Source: Ktedonobacteraceae bacterium (GTDB lineage Bacteria; Chloroflexota; Ktedonobacteria; Ktedonobacterales; Ktedonobacteraceae). From it: a stretch of 64,000 nt of DNA. The translations under genes were made by a program, and so were the position numbers. The DNA lies in contig DATLSI010000013.1 of NCBI GenBank assembly GCA_035534255.1, positions 60 to 64,059 of the forward strand, given 5' to 3'. The notes beneath the pieces are model-generated. The model searched no databases. It had not been told where the DNA came from and was given only the letters and a program-made list of their open reading frames with translations. The first letter of the stretch is position 1; every line of letters starts with the position of its first letter. Positions 1 to 9,609 of the stretch are shown one piece after another.

Positions 1-542
1 CTGCGGCGGTGGAAACAGCCCGCCTGCTGGCAAGAGCTGGTTTTGGTATCATCACTGGTGGCGGGCCAGGTATCATGGAGGCAGGCAACAAAGGGGCGCA
101 GGCTGGTGATAATGTCTCCATTGGATGCAACATCGAGCTGCCTTTCGAGCAAGGGTCTAATCCTTTTTTAGATATCTCGCTCGATTTTCGCTACTTCTTC
201 GTGCGCAAAACGATGTTCGTCAAGTATGCCGAAGCTTTCATCATTTTTCCAGGCGGTTTTGGCACGATGGATGAGTTATTCGAGGCACTGACGCTCATCC
301 AGACCAGAAAAGTCAGTCATTTCCCCGTCATTCTCTACGATTCAAAATACTGGGCCGGGCTGATCAACTGGATTCGGGATACTATGTTGCCCTCTAACAA
401 AGTCGGACCCGACGATATAGGTCTGCTCATGCTCTCCGACGATCCTCAGGAGATATGTAAGATTGTGATTGATGCTTACCAGGAAAGCTATCGCCAGGAT
501 CGCAACAATCCGTTGAGCAAAAGGGATTCGACGATTCGTTAG
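1..542 (+). CDS. LOG family protein (TIGR00730, cytokinin riboside 5'-monophosphate phosphoribohydrolase-like); 5' end off-window
   Basis: The frame is open to the left edge; the track ORF 9..542 starts at an internal GTG. Motifs GGGPGIMEA and PGGFGTMDELFE match the LOG signature PGGxGTxxE. Confidence 0.85.
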   Translation, partial: AAVETARLLARAGFGIITGGGPGIMEAGNKGAQAGDNVSIGCNIELPFEQGSNPFLDISLDFRYFFVRKTMFVKYAEAFIIFPGGFGTMDELFEALTLIQTRKVSHFPVILYDSKYWAGLINWIRDTMLPSNKVGPDDIGLLMLSDDPQEICKIVIDAYQESYRQDRNNPLSKRDSTIR

Positions 543-634
543 GAGTTGTAACTTTTGGATTTGCAATCGCTTAGCATTCCACTAAAAAACCTTGCCTACG
601 TTGTGCATGAATAGTGCTTTGCGCAATGATGAGT

Positions 635-955
635 TTAGTTCTCGAAATTGACAGTAACGCGAGGTAGTTTCAACTGGGCCGTTCTGTGTGCCCAGGCGCG
701 AATGGCCTGTGCGACTACTTCGTTATCGCGGGGTTGGCGCAATTTATCGCGCTCTACCACACGCCTGGTCATCACCTGGATATGCCAGCCTCCGTTGATA
801 CGCTTTAATCCCGAAGGGGTGGCTACCCTCAGTAAAGCCGCGATACGGGGGGACTGGTTGTTGACGACCTGAAGAATGTCTGACCAGTTTTCGTGTAGCA
901 CCGACGTAAACTGTTCCGCGAATTCATCGTTTCTAGCGCGCGGGGTCTGCTCCAT
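635..955 (-). CDS. hypothetical protein (faint resemblance to the C-terminal region of DnaX)
   Basis: 106-aa ORF with GAGGAGG 6 nt upstream of the ATG on the minus strand. No catalytic motif. The W-x2-IL..P-x-IAALL pattern is only suggestive. Confidence 0.5.
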   Translation of the reverse strand: MEQTPRARNDEFAEQFTSVLHENWSDILQVVNNQSPRIAALLRVATPSGLKRINGGWHIQVMTRRVVERDKLRQPRDNEVVAQAIRAWAHRTAQLKLPRVTVNFEN

Positions 956-1158
956 GTAGCGCCTCCTCGTTGTCTAGAGTAAGACTGGCATGCCTCTAGT
1001 ATAGCATATTTTTCTCGCTTATCAGGAGGTTTAATTGCACATAATCTGTGTATCATATCGCGTCATCTCTTGACTTTGCGTTTTGTTATTATTTGCTGGT
1101 ACACTGGACGCATCTAAATACCTGCATGGAAATGTGATAGTAAAGGAATAGAAGTAAA

Positions 1159-2274
1159 ATGACCTTTTCAGGGAGCAGGCTTAGCCGCATGGCACAGGTG
1201 TTGATACGTTACTCGCTTGATGTGCAGCCGGGGCAGCTCGTGGCTGTTATGGCGGAGATCGAAGCGATTCCCCTTGTGCGCGAGGTGTATCGTGCAATAT
1301 TGCATGCTGGCGCGTATCCAGTTTTGCAGTTGGAAATGGATGACGCGGAGGCTGTCTACTTGAAGGAGGCCAGCGACGATCAACTCGATTTTATATCTCC
1401 GGTGAAACAATTGATTTACGAGCGCTTTGACCGCCTGCTGTATATTGATGCCAATACCAATACGCGCCTCCTTTCGCGTATCGACCCGAAACGCTCGGCG
1501 CAAAGACGCAAAGCGCAGGATGCTATAGACACAACGTGGTCACAGCGTGCCGCGCAGGGGCTGATGCGCTGGTGCTACACGCAGTATCCAACCAATGCCT
1601 ACGCCCAGGATGCTAATATGTCACTTGAGGACTACTGGGAATTTATGGGCAAGGCGTGTAAGTTGGATGATGCCGACCCATTAGCAAGTTGGCGGGCATT
1701 ATCAGATCGTCACCAGCAGCTTGTCGAATGGTTGCAGGGCCGTAAAGAAGTGCATATTATAGGCCAGGACACTGATCTTGTTCTATCGATTGAGGGCCGC
1801 TCGTTTCTGACCTGCGATGGGCATGTCAATTTCCCCGATGGCGAAATCTTTACCAGCCCTGCCGAAGATAGCGCGCAGGGGACGATTCGTTTTGCACTTC
1901 CCGGTGGCTATGATGGTCATCCTGTCGATGATATACGCCTGCGTTTCGATCGCGGACGGGTTGTCGAAGCACACGCTGCCTCTGGTGAGGATTTTCTGCT
2001 GAATATGCTTGCTATCGATGAAGGTGCGCGGCGCATTGGCGAATTTGCCTTCGGTACCAACTATGGGGTACGTGAAGCTACTCGCAATACCTTGTTTGAT
2101 GAGAAGATCGGCGGTACTCTGCATATGGCGCTGGGACGTAGCTATCCAGAATCAGGCGGGTTGAATGTCTCATCTCTGCACTGGGATATGGTGTGTGATC
2201 TTAGGAAACAAGGTGAGGTATGGGTTGATAGCGAACTTTTTCTCAAAGATGGGCAATATATTCTATGGCTATAG
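1159..2274 (+). CDS. aminopeptidase, M29 (AmpS/PepS) family
   Basis: 371 aa. Motifs NFPDGEIFTSP, GTLHMALG and HWDMV are as in thermophilic M29 metalloaminopeptidases. Confidence 0.8.
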   Translation: MTFSGSRLSRMAQVLIRYSLDVQPGQLVAVMAEIEAIPLVREVYRAILHAGAYPVLQLEMDDAEAVYLKEASDDQLDFISPVKQLIYERFDRLLYIDANTNTRLLSRIDPKRSAQRRKAQDAIDTTWSQRAAQGLMRWCYTQYPTNAYAQDANMSLEDYWEFMGKACKLDDADPLASWRALSDRHQQLVEWLQGRKEVHIIGQDTDLVLSIEGRSFLTCDGHVNFPDGEIFTSPAEDSAQGTIRFALPGGYDGHPVDDIRLRFDRGRVVEAHAASGEDFLLNMLAIDEGARRIGEFAFGTNYGVREATRNTLFDEKIGGTLHMALGRSYPESGGLNVSSLHWDMVCDLRKQGEVWVDSELFLKDGQYILWL

Positions 2275-2278
2275 GAAA

Positions 2279-3418
2279 TCATATTTTCCACCAGTTGCTA
2301 TGCCATCTTTTAGCAGCCGCAAGCGCATCTATTGTCTCTTGCGTCAGAATGGTCATACAACGATCTACCTCTGACGAGCCTGCATACAGATCGACGATGC
2401 CCAGGTCAACGCCAACAAGCGGTTCGACGGCGGCAACCGTGCAATACGGTACATATGCCACACTATAGCCACCCTCTTGCAGCATGAGCAGGCGACCATC
2501 GCAGATTTCTTCTGCCAGGTCAAACAGTAAGGTGGATATTGCCCTGAAACCGTCCATCGTAAGCATATTCTGAGCAAGCGGATCTAGCCAGTTCGCATCC
2601 TGCCCGGCGGAGATGATGATTAGTTGTGGGCGGTATTGCAGTCCAATGGGTAGCACCAATTGTTCGAAAGCGGCCCGATAACCCCTGTCGCCTGTGCCAG
2701 CCGACAGCGGGATGTTGACGGTATAGCCTGCTCCCGCGCCGCTGCCCACCTGTTCAAGCTCGCCTGATAGTTTGGGATACCAGTTGTGCTGGTGTAGCGA
2801 GACAAATAGCACTCCGGGATCTGCATAAAAGGCATCCTGGGTACCGTTGCCATGATGCACGTCCCAGTCCACGATCATGATTCGTTCCAGGCCAAATACG
2901 TTGCGGGCATAATGCGCGGCGATGGCGGCATTATTAAAAACACAGAAGCCCATGGCGCGATTGCTCATCGCGTGATGCCCAGGAGGGCGCAAGAGCGCGT
3001 AGGTGTTGCGCACTTCGCCCTGCATGATAGCTCGCGCTCCGTTCATAGCTCCGCCCGCCGCGTAGATTGCCGCGTCAAATGAACCAGGGCTGAGCGGTGT
3101 ATCGCTCTCAATTTCTCCCCAAATACCCTTCATCGGTCCACCCGCAACGTGGGCGCGCACGCCTTCGATATAGGCGCGGGTATGATAGACCGCCAGTTCA
3201 TCCTCGGTGGCCGCGCGCGCAGGGATTGAGTGCATCATAGCGCTCAGGCCCGACCCATCAAGAAATTCTTTAATGCGGCTCGTGATGGTCGTCGAGGAAG
3301 GATGACCTTCAGGAGAGGTTGCAAATGATCCGTTGCGCATGACTACAGTAGCCTGCGCGCCGGTATCATGCCCCAAGAAGCGTTCATCGAAAACGAGGCC
3401 GGTGCGATGAGTGGGCAT
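2279..3418 (-). CDS. histone deacetylase-family (class II HDAC / AcuC-like) deacetylase
   Basis: Motifs PPGHHA, DWDVHHGNGTQ and EGGY. Confidence 0.9.
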   Translation of the reverse strand: MPTHRTGLVFDERFLGHDTGAQATVVMRNGSFATSPEGHPSSTTITSRIKEFLDGSGLSAMMHSIPARAATEDELAVYHTRAYIEGVRAHVAGGPMKGIWGEIESDTPLSPGSFDAAIYAAGGAMNGARAIMQGEVRNTYALLRPPGHHAMSNRAMGFCVFNNAAIAAHYARNVFGLERIMIVDWDVHHGNGTQDAFYADPGVLFVSLHQHNWYPKLSGELEQVGSGAGAGYTVNIPLSAGTGDRGYRAAFEQLVLPIGLQYRPQLIIISAGQDANWLDPLAQNMLTMDGFRAISTLLFDLAEEICDGRLLMLQEGGYSVAYVPYCTVAAVEPLVGVDLGIVDLYAGSSEVDRCMTILTQETIDALAAAKRWHSNWWKI

Positions 3419-3563
3419 TACAAACGATCCTTTCTGATGCAGGGGTTCTTGTCATAGAAGTCAAGTTTGGTCAAACAGAAACTTGCGCTAACATCATATG
3501 ATATCCTTAAAATGGCTTTCAACTTGTTGCATAGAGGACTGTAAAATGTTAGTATAGCAAATC

Positions 3564-4097
3564 ATGGAACAGAACAATAATAACACTAATAAGAGTTCAA
3601 TTGATGAGATAGACCAGCGCATCATTGAGGCGCTGCAACTTGATGGGCGACGCCCATTCACCAAACTGGCGGCGGAACTGGGCATCTCTGAAGCCAGCGT
3701 GCGTCAGAGGGTTGCCAACTTGATAAACAACCAGGTCATGCAGATCGTCGCCATCACCAACCCGTTGAAAATGGGCTTTTCGCTCGCCAGTATGATCGGT
3801 ATTCGCGTTTCAGGCGACAGACTTTTAGAAGTTGCCAGGGAAATATCAGCCTTCGATGAAGTGATTTACCTGATTATATGCGCGGGCAGCTTCGATTTGC
3901 TGGCAGAAGTAGTATGTCGTGATAACGATCACCTGTTAAAATTCCTCACAGAAAAACTCTATAAAGTGCCTGGCGTGCAGCAGACCGAGACATTTATGTA
4001 CCTGCGCGTCGTGAAACAGAACAACTGGGCGTTTCTCTCGCAGGCCAGAGTCTCACCAACGTCTATACGGACTCACCCTTCAGATACCAGCCAGTAG
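3564..4097 (+). CDS. Lrp/AsnC family transcriptional regulator
   Basis: N-terminal HTH (IDQRIIEALQLDGRRPFTKLAAELGISEASVRQRV) followed by an AsnC-type ligand-binding domain. Confidence 0.9.
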   Translation: MEQNNNNTNKSSIDEIDQRIIEALQLDGRRPFTKLAAELGISEASVRQRVANLINNQVMQIVAITNPLKMGFSLASMIGIRVSGDRLLEVAREISAFDEVIYLIICAGSFDLLAEVVCRDNDHLLKFLTEKLYKVPGVQQTETFMYLRVVKQNNWAFLSQARVSPTSIRTHPSDTSQ

Positions 4098-4257
4098 GTT
4101 TCTGCCCAATAAGTGCCAGGAGACTGGTTCTTTCCATACGACTATAGTATAATGCCAGCGTGGGCATCTACAATGCACACAGTTGTGAAATGGCTCACTA
4201 CCTTACATCGCACCATAGTCGATCCTATGCTCAGAAAACGATGAAGGAGACACTTGC

Positions 4258-6144
4258 ATGGCAATGGAGACGCTTCCGGCAGGAACCCAACTGAAGGGGC
4301 GCTATCGTGTCGAACGTGTCCTGGGCAATGGCGGCTTTGGTCATGTCTACCTGGCGGTAGACTTACAAACAGGGCAGCAATACGCCATCAAGGAATATTT
4401 AGTGGCCGGGGCCAGCGGCAAAGCGCAACTTGAGCACGAGGCGCGCGTCCTGAGCCACTTACACCATCCCAGTTTACCCGCCTTCCAGGATGCTTTTGAC
4501 GAGCGCGGGCGCTATTATGTTGTGCTGGGGTATATTGAAGGGCGTGATCTGACCGATTGCATCCGCGCCGCGCGCCAGCGCAACGAAGTCGTACCGCTTG
4601 AACGCGTCTTGAACTGGCTCATCTCGATTTGCGAAGCCGTGACGTTTTTACATAACCAGCAACCACCCATCATTCATCGCGACATCAAGCCCGACAACAT
4701 TCGCATCACCTCGAACGGCATTGCTATTCTGGTAGACCTGGGCAACGCCAAAGCCGCAGCAGACGGCGCGCGCACTCTCCTGTTTATACGCCACCAGGGT
4801 ACGCCGGGCTATGCACCATTGGAACAGTATCCAGGCGGTGTAGGCACCGATACACGCTCCGATGTCTATGCGCTGGGTGGAACGCTCTTTTTCGCTTTGA
4901 CCGCGCACGAACCTCCCAGTGTTTCAACCCGCAAGCAATCGAGCGATCAGGGCATGCCAGATTTACCTTCGCTACAGGGACTCCTGGAGCAAAATCCACC
5001 TGAAGCCCAGGAACACAACAGCGTAAAACAGTTCAGACTGGGCATCAACAAACCGGCTAAGCCCGCAGCACGCCATTCACGCCACCTGGCCCAACTCAGT
5101 ATGTTATCACCCGATCTGCTCAATCGCCTGAACCTGATTATTGCGCGCGCGATGGCCATGGACCCCTGGGATCGTTATCAATCTGTCGAGGAACTGAGCG
5201 CTGACCTGCAAAGGGTGCGTGCTGCCATGCCCATCTCTGCTCAACCTTCAAATTCACCGGCTAGTCGTCCTGTTGATCCACATAGCACGCAGCCCGATCT
5301 GCCATTTCTGTTTGAAGCCATGCAAAACGCGCGCGAAAACACTACTCCACCTTCGCCGGATAGCTCCGCGAGACCCGGCGCGCCGACCACTCAGCCGCCT
5401 TCACAGGAGAGCAATGGACACTGTCCGCGCTGCCGGGCGGAAGTGACTCGCAACGCGGCATTCTGTCCGCGCTGCGGTTCACCACTGAATGCAGATAGTT
5501 CTCCTCAGCAGGCGGGAATACCACTGGCAAAGATTCAGCAGCGATCATCCAATGCAAGTGCTTCTGCTCAATCAGTCGTGCGTGCTTCCACGCCCCAGCA
5601 GACACCTCCCAGGCCATTTATGCAGGCTGCTACACCTGTAGCACCTGTAGCACCTGTAGCACCTGTAACACCCACGCAAAAACCCATAGTCATTCCTGGC
5701 GTTGATAGGACACAGCAAGGTCCCCTTTCAAATGCAAACACGATACTGCCATCGTCGCCTTCACCTGTGATGCCTGGCATGGCAAATAGCCTGTCTTCGC
5801 AACCACAACAACGTACTCGACTTCCGAAAATCCTCCTGTTCTTCGTTATTGCCATTATCGTCGTAATAATTGCCGTTGCGGTCTTTTTGGTGGTACACAG
5901 TAAGACCAATGGCGAGGGTAGCGGCGGAACGACCCTACAACAGGCACGATATTATTCTCCCGGAGCACAGGTTTACAATTATGAGCGAAACATCTCTCTC
6001 TGCTTTATTGCCACCACTGCGCATCCTGATACTCGGATACGGCAATGTCACACGGGCATTCCTGCCTCTGTTGGCATCGCGGAGCGAGTGGCTGGGCCGC
6101 GAACTGGGTCTGCGACCAGTAATTACCGGCTTAGGTTCACGTAG
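4258..6144 (+). CDS. Hanks-type Ser/Thr protein kinase with internal zinc ribbon and C-terminal TM segment
   Basis: Motifs GNGGFG..AIK, HRDIKPDN, DLG and GTPGYAPLE. Zinc ribbon CPRCRAEVTRNAAFCPRCG. TM segment LLFFVIAIIVVIIAVAVFLVV. AAGGAG lies before the ATG. Confidence 0.9.
   Translation: MAMETLPAGTQLKGRYRVERVLGNGGFGHVYLAVDLQTGQQYAIKEYLVAGASGKAQLEHEARVLSHLHHPSLPAFQDAFDERGRYYVVLGYIEGRDLTDCIRAARQRNEVVPLERVLNWLISICEAVTFLHNQQPPIIHRDIKPDNIRITSNGIAILVDLGNAKAAADGARTLLFIRHQGTPGYAPLEQYPGGVGTDTRSDVYALGGTLFFALTAHEPPSVSTRKQSSDQGMPDLPSLQGLLEQNPPEAQEHNSVKQFRLGINKPAKPAARHSRHLAQLSMLSPDLLNRLNLIIARAMAMDPWDRYQSVEELSADLQRVRAAMPISAQPSNSPASRPVDPHSTQPDLPFLFEAMQNARENTTPPSPDSSARPGAPTTQPPSQESNGHCPRCRAEVTRNAAFCPRCGSPLNADSSPQQAGIPLAKIQQRSSNASASAQSVVRASTPQQTPPRPFMQAATPVAPVAPVAPVTPTQKPIVIPGVDRTQQGPLSNANTILPSSPSPVMPGMANSLSSQPQQRTRLPKILLFFVIAIIVVIIAVAVFLVVHSKTNGEGSGGTTLQQARYYSPGAQVYNYERNISLCFIATTAHPDTRIRQCHTGIPASVGIAERVAGPRTGSATSNYRLRFT
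5632..5667 (+). repeat. 9-bp tandem repeat x4 (GCACCTGTA) encoding (PVA)n in the kinase linker
   Basis: Read directly: acacctgta gcacctgta gcacctgta gcacctgta. Confidence 0.9.
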
Positions 6145-7054
6145 ACAGGGACTCTACATCCATCGTGATGGTGTTGATGCCAATCGGTTCACTGGCGAGC
6201 AGGACCCACTCTACCGCTTCAAAAGCGAAGGAGCCAGGGTAGAGAGTGCTGAGCAATTCATCGAAGCTGGCAAAAATGCTGGAGCCACTCTTTTCATTGA
6301 ACTAACCACGCTTAACCCACAAAACGGGCAACCCGCGCTGATGCACATTCGCAGGGCGCTTGAAGCTGGTATGGATGTCGTTACCGCCAACAAAGGCCCG
6401 GTGGCTTACGCGCAGGCCGAACTACAGCAACTGGCAAGCAGGCACAACGCGCAGTTTCGCTTTGAGTCGGCGGTAATGGATGGGTTGCCCCTGCTCAACC
6501 TCGCGGAATTTACTCTGCCCGCTGCCGGGATTCGCGCATTCCGCGCGCTGCTCAACGCTACCAGCAGCCTGGTTATCAGCATGATAGAGCAGGGTTACTC
6601 ACAGGAAGAGGCCATCCGTAAAGCTCAGGAAGTGGGGGTCGCGGAAGCCGATCCCTGGTACGACCTGGACGGTTGGGACGCGGTTATGAAGACAACCATT
6701 CTGGTAAACTCGCTGATGGAAGGCGAACTTATTCCCCAGGCAGTCGAGCGCGAGGGCATTCGTCGCCTGACGAGTGACGATATCTGCGCTGCCGCGCTGG
6801 CCGGTTCACCGTACCGCCTGGTAAGCGAGGCGCACTATAAACATGGCATGCTCACCGCCAGCGTGCGACCGGTTCGCATCAGCGCGGATGATACGCTGCA
6901 TACCGGCATTCAGGGTAAGACCGGTGCCATCTCGCTCGAAACAGATGTCATGGGTACCATCACCTTGATTGAACACGAACCGACGGTAGCGCAAACTGCC
7001 TATGGAGTGCTGAGCGATCTGATTATCATCCAACGCGGCAAACGGATTGATTGA
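5981..7054 (+). CDS. homoserine dehydrogenase family protein (no ACT domain seen)
   Basis: Rossmann motif ILILGYGNVTRAF near the N-terminus. Motifs VTANKGP and EADPWYDLDGWDAVMKTTIL. Start placed at ATG 5981 rather than the track start 5870. Confidence 0.75.
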   Translation: MSETSLSALLPPLRILILGYGNVTRAFLPLLASRSEWLGRELGLRPVITGLGSRRQGLYIHRDGVDANRFTGEQDPLYRFKSEGARVESAEQFIEAGKNAGATLFIELTTLNPQNGQPALMHIRRALEAGMDVVTANKGPVAYAQAELQQLASRHNAQFRFESAVMDGLPLLNLAEFTLPAAGIRAFRALLNATSSLVISMIEQGYSQEEAIRKAQEVGVAEADPWYDLDGWDAVMKTTILVNSLMEGELIPQAVEREGIRRLTSDDICAAALAGSPYRLVSEAHYKHGMLTASVRPVRISADDTLHTGIQGKTGAISLETDVMGTITLIEHEPTVAQTAYGVLSDLIIIQRGKRID

Positions 7055-7114
7055 CTTTTACGGGGATGCTGTTTAGAATAGCAACTATCCTACTACTGAT
7101 AAAGGAGTACGAGT

Positions 7115-8101
7115 ATGGCTATCATCTGTCCGCAATGCTCCCTCGAAAATCCAGATCAGTCCACATTTTGTGCGCGCTGTGGAGCAAAGTTAACGCAGGA
7201 TCAAAATCCTGCCAGCACAACCAATGGCCCATCGCAACCCTATACCATGCCGGCAGAACCAATCATGCAACAAAGTTTTCCCGCGCAGTCAGCGCCTGGG
7301 GAATTTCAGCAGAACTATCCACCTCCCGTGCCGGGAACATACCAGCAGATGCAGCCGCCCACCATGTACGCCCAGCTTAATACGGCTCCTCCACCACCCA
7401 TTATCCCTCTCTCCGCGCAGCTTGGCAGGCGCGCATTCGCCGGACATGGTTATCCTGTCTCGCGCGCATCCTGGTTGATAGCGGACCAGCAAGCGCAAGC
7501 AACAGCCGTGCTCACTGCTGCGCGAGAGTCTCTGCTGCAGCGCGGTCTGCCAGGCCTGAGCATCAACCAGGCACGCCTGACCGAGCGAAGTTTCATGCTT
7601 GAAAGCCGCGATTACCTGACCGCGCATCGCGGCAGTTCCACGGTCTTTCTCTACGTCACACCTGGCGGGCGCGACCTCTATATCTCGCGCACAACTACTA
7701 CGCAGACACCAATCAGCATCGCGCGCGTCGCTATATTCACCCTGTTGTTGATTCTCATGATAATAGGTTTGGCGCAAAGCGGATCGCCGCCATCCTTTGC
7801 CGGTGGTTTCTCGTTAGGCGCAGCCATCTCCACCATCCTCATCAATTTTAGCGTCCCCCTACTGCTCTTTTTCCTGGTGCTGATCATCACATCCCTGCTC
7901 GCCTGGCTCATGCACAACGACCCGGGTATGTACTTGCGCCCTGCCATCATGAACGACTTTCAGGCCGACGACGCCGCGCTCATCCAGCAAGCAGTCGATA
8001 ACAGCCTGCTCAGCGCAGCCAAAACAGCGGGGATAGACGAAAGTAAGATTACGATGTCCGGTCAGAGGCAACGCATCAGGCGACGCATTAGATGGATATG
8101 A
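7115..8101 (+). CDS. zinc-ribbon domain membrane protein
   Basis: N-terminal CPQCSLENPDQSTFCARCG, a Pro/Gln-rich linker, then at least two C-terminal hydrophobic segments (IFTLLLILMIIGL, LLLFFLVLIITSLLAWL). Confidence 0.75.
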   Translation: MAIICPQCSLENPDQSTFCARCGAKLTQDQNPASTTNGPSQPYTMPAEPIMQQSFPAQSAPGEFQQNYPPPVPGTYQQMQPPTMYAQLNTAPPPPIIPLSAQLGRRAFAGHGYPVSRASWLIADQQAQATAVLTAARESLLQRGLPGLSINQARLTERSFMLESRDYLTAHRGSSTVFLYVTPGGRDLYISRTTTTQTPISIARVAIFTLLLILMIIGLAQSGSPPSFAGGFSLGAAISTILINFSVPLLLFFLVLIITSLLAWLMHNDPGMYLRPAIMNDFQADDAALIQQAVDNSLLSAAKTAGIDESKITMSGQRQRIRRRIRWI

Positions 8102-8121
8102 GGTCCCGCGCCCGGTCACGA

Positions 8122-8994
8122 TTAGAGTTCTACAGGCAAGTCCTGGCGCGCACCCCACTCATTCCAGGAGCCATCATAGTTGGTCAGCGCGGGATAGCCC
8201 AGCATGGCAAGGCTGAAGAGGACGGTCGTAGCTGCAACACCGCCGTTGCAATAGGCAACCACCCGCTCTGAAGGTGTCAAGTGTGCTGTTGAGAATATCT
8301 GCGACAGTTCTTCATTGCTGCGGAAAGTGCCCGTAGCAGCATCGATGAGTTCTTCGCGTGGAATGCTGAGCGCGCCCGGTATGCGCCCCGGCCGTCCATC
8401 ACCGCGCGCAATCGCTCCCGTGTACTGCCCGCTGTCACGCGCATCGATGAGCGTGACGCCCGGCTTATGCAGCATGGCCAGGATGTCTTCAGCCGTTGCG
8501 CGCAGTGGGGGCTGCACCTTTGGAGTGAATGTGGCGGCAGGATAGGTAGGAACATCTGCCGTTAACGGCAGATGTTCGCGTTTCCACTTGCGCAGTCCGC
8601 CATTGAGCACAACGATCCGCTCGTGGCCGTAGTAGTTGAGCACCCACCACAGGCGCGTGGCAAACTGCGAGGTTGGATGCGCGTCATAGGCCACAACGAG
8701 ATGCTCATCGCCTATGCCCAGGCTCTCCATTGCTCGCGCGAATTGCCGCGGCTGCGCTACCTGGGCCTCAATGGGATCTGCCAGATCCACGATGTCACGA
8801 GACCAGTCGATATAGACCGCTCCCGGAATATGCGCCTGCTCGTATTCTTCGCGCGCTCCAACGTATTCCGCGTGCTGGATGCCATCGCGTTCGCTGGTGC
8901 GCACATACCCGCGCATGTCAACGATACGTAGCGCCGCATCATCAAGATGCGCGGCCAACCAGGATGTTTCGACTAAAAAACGGCTGCGGTCCAT
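8122..8994 (-). CDS. tandem-rhodanese sulfurtransferase (thiosulfate/3-mercaptopyruvate sulfurtransferase-like)
   Basis: About 290 aa with a two-rhodanese layout. Active-site loop YCNGGVAAT lies in the C-terminal domain. Ends with WNEW. Confidence 0.85.
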   Translation of the reverse strand: MDRSRFLVETSWLAAHLDDAALRIVDMRGYVRTSERDGIQHAEYVGAREEYEQAHIPGAVYIDWSRDIVDLADPIEAQVAQPRQFARAMESLGIGDEHLVVAYDAHPTSQFATRLWWVLNYYGHERIVVLNGGLRKWKREHLPLTADVPTYPAATFTPKVQPPLRATAEDILAMLHKPGVTLIDARDSGQYTGAIARGDGRPGRIPGALSIPREELIDAATGTFRSNEELSQIFSTAHLTPSERVVAYCNGGVAATTVLFSLAMLGYPALTNYDGSWNEWGARQDLPVEL

Positions 8995-9029
8995 AAGGCA
9001 ATGCTCCTCTTATGCATATTGTAAGGGCT

Positions 9030-9578
9030 TTACGAGAAAAAGCCTGACGCTTCGGGATTGTCGGTACTGACGAAATGCGCAGGCGTCCCGAACAGGCTAA
9101 TGGGCCTCACGCCTGTAATCGTCATGGAGGGATTCGGCGTCTGCGTGGTAATGTAACGCTGCACGGTCAATCCCAACGGACGCGATAGAATGATAGCGGC
9201 GGTAGTTGCCAGCACCACATTATTGAACGATCCATAGGGACGGCGCATGCGGGCTACCGTCATGGCGGAGAGTCCGGTCAGCAGGCCAGTGACCGCCAGG
9301 TTGGTGCCACAGCGTTCATGAATGGCCAGTTCTGGGGAAGTGGTACGCAACAATGTCAGGGCTTCTTGCGCCGTCGGCAGGATTGCCTCGGTTGGCAAAT
9401 CACCGAACACAAAGAAACCCGCCGCGAACGAGATACCCGCCAGCCTCACATCGGGATATTTCTTGCTCAGCAATACAATAGTGGCGTGCTCAAGCGCGTG
9501 GTTTTGCTTGACCGCGCCTCCCAGAGTTAGCTGCTGTGTTAACTGCGCAAAGGGGTTTATAGAACTCATACGAGTCAT
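9030..9578 (-). CDS. hypothetical protein with HALEH and HERCGT motifs
   Basis: 182-aa ORF tightly spaced between the kinase-FHA gene (31-nt gap) and the rhodanese gene (35-nt gap). Hydrophobic central segments. Family not recognised. Confidence 0.6.
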   Translation of the reverse strand: MTRMSSINPFAQLTQQLTLGGAVKQNHALEHATIVLLSKKYPDVRLAGISFAAGFFVFGDLPTEAILPTAQEALTLLRTTSPELAIHERCGTNLAVTGLLTGLSAMTVARMRRPYGSFNNVVLATTAAIILSRPLGLTVQRYITTQTPNPSMTITGVRPISLFGTPAHFVSTDNPEASGFFS

Positions 9579-9609
9579 CCTCTCTATCTAGTCCACAAAA
9601 AGAACCTGG

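Noticed and set aside
5632-5667. Short tandem repeats (also 10071-10130) considered as a possible CRISPR or contingency locus
   Set aside because: The units are contiguous, with no spacers, are 9-15 bp long, and are in frame within kinase linkers. They are not CRISPR-like.
5870-5980. Upstream extension of the homoserine dehydrogenase ORF (track start 5870)
   Set aside because: The extension lies inside the kinase TM/tail coding region and has no homology-like features. ATG 5981 places the Rossmann motif at the normal distance from the N-terminus.
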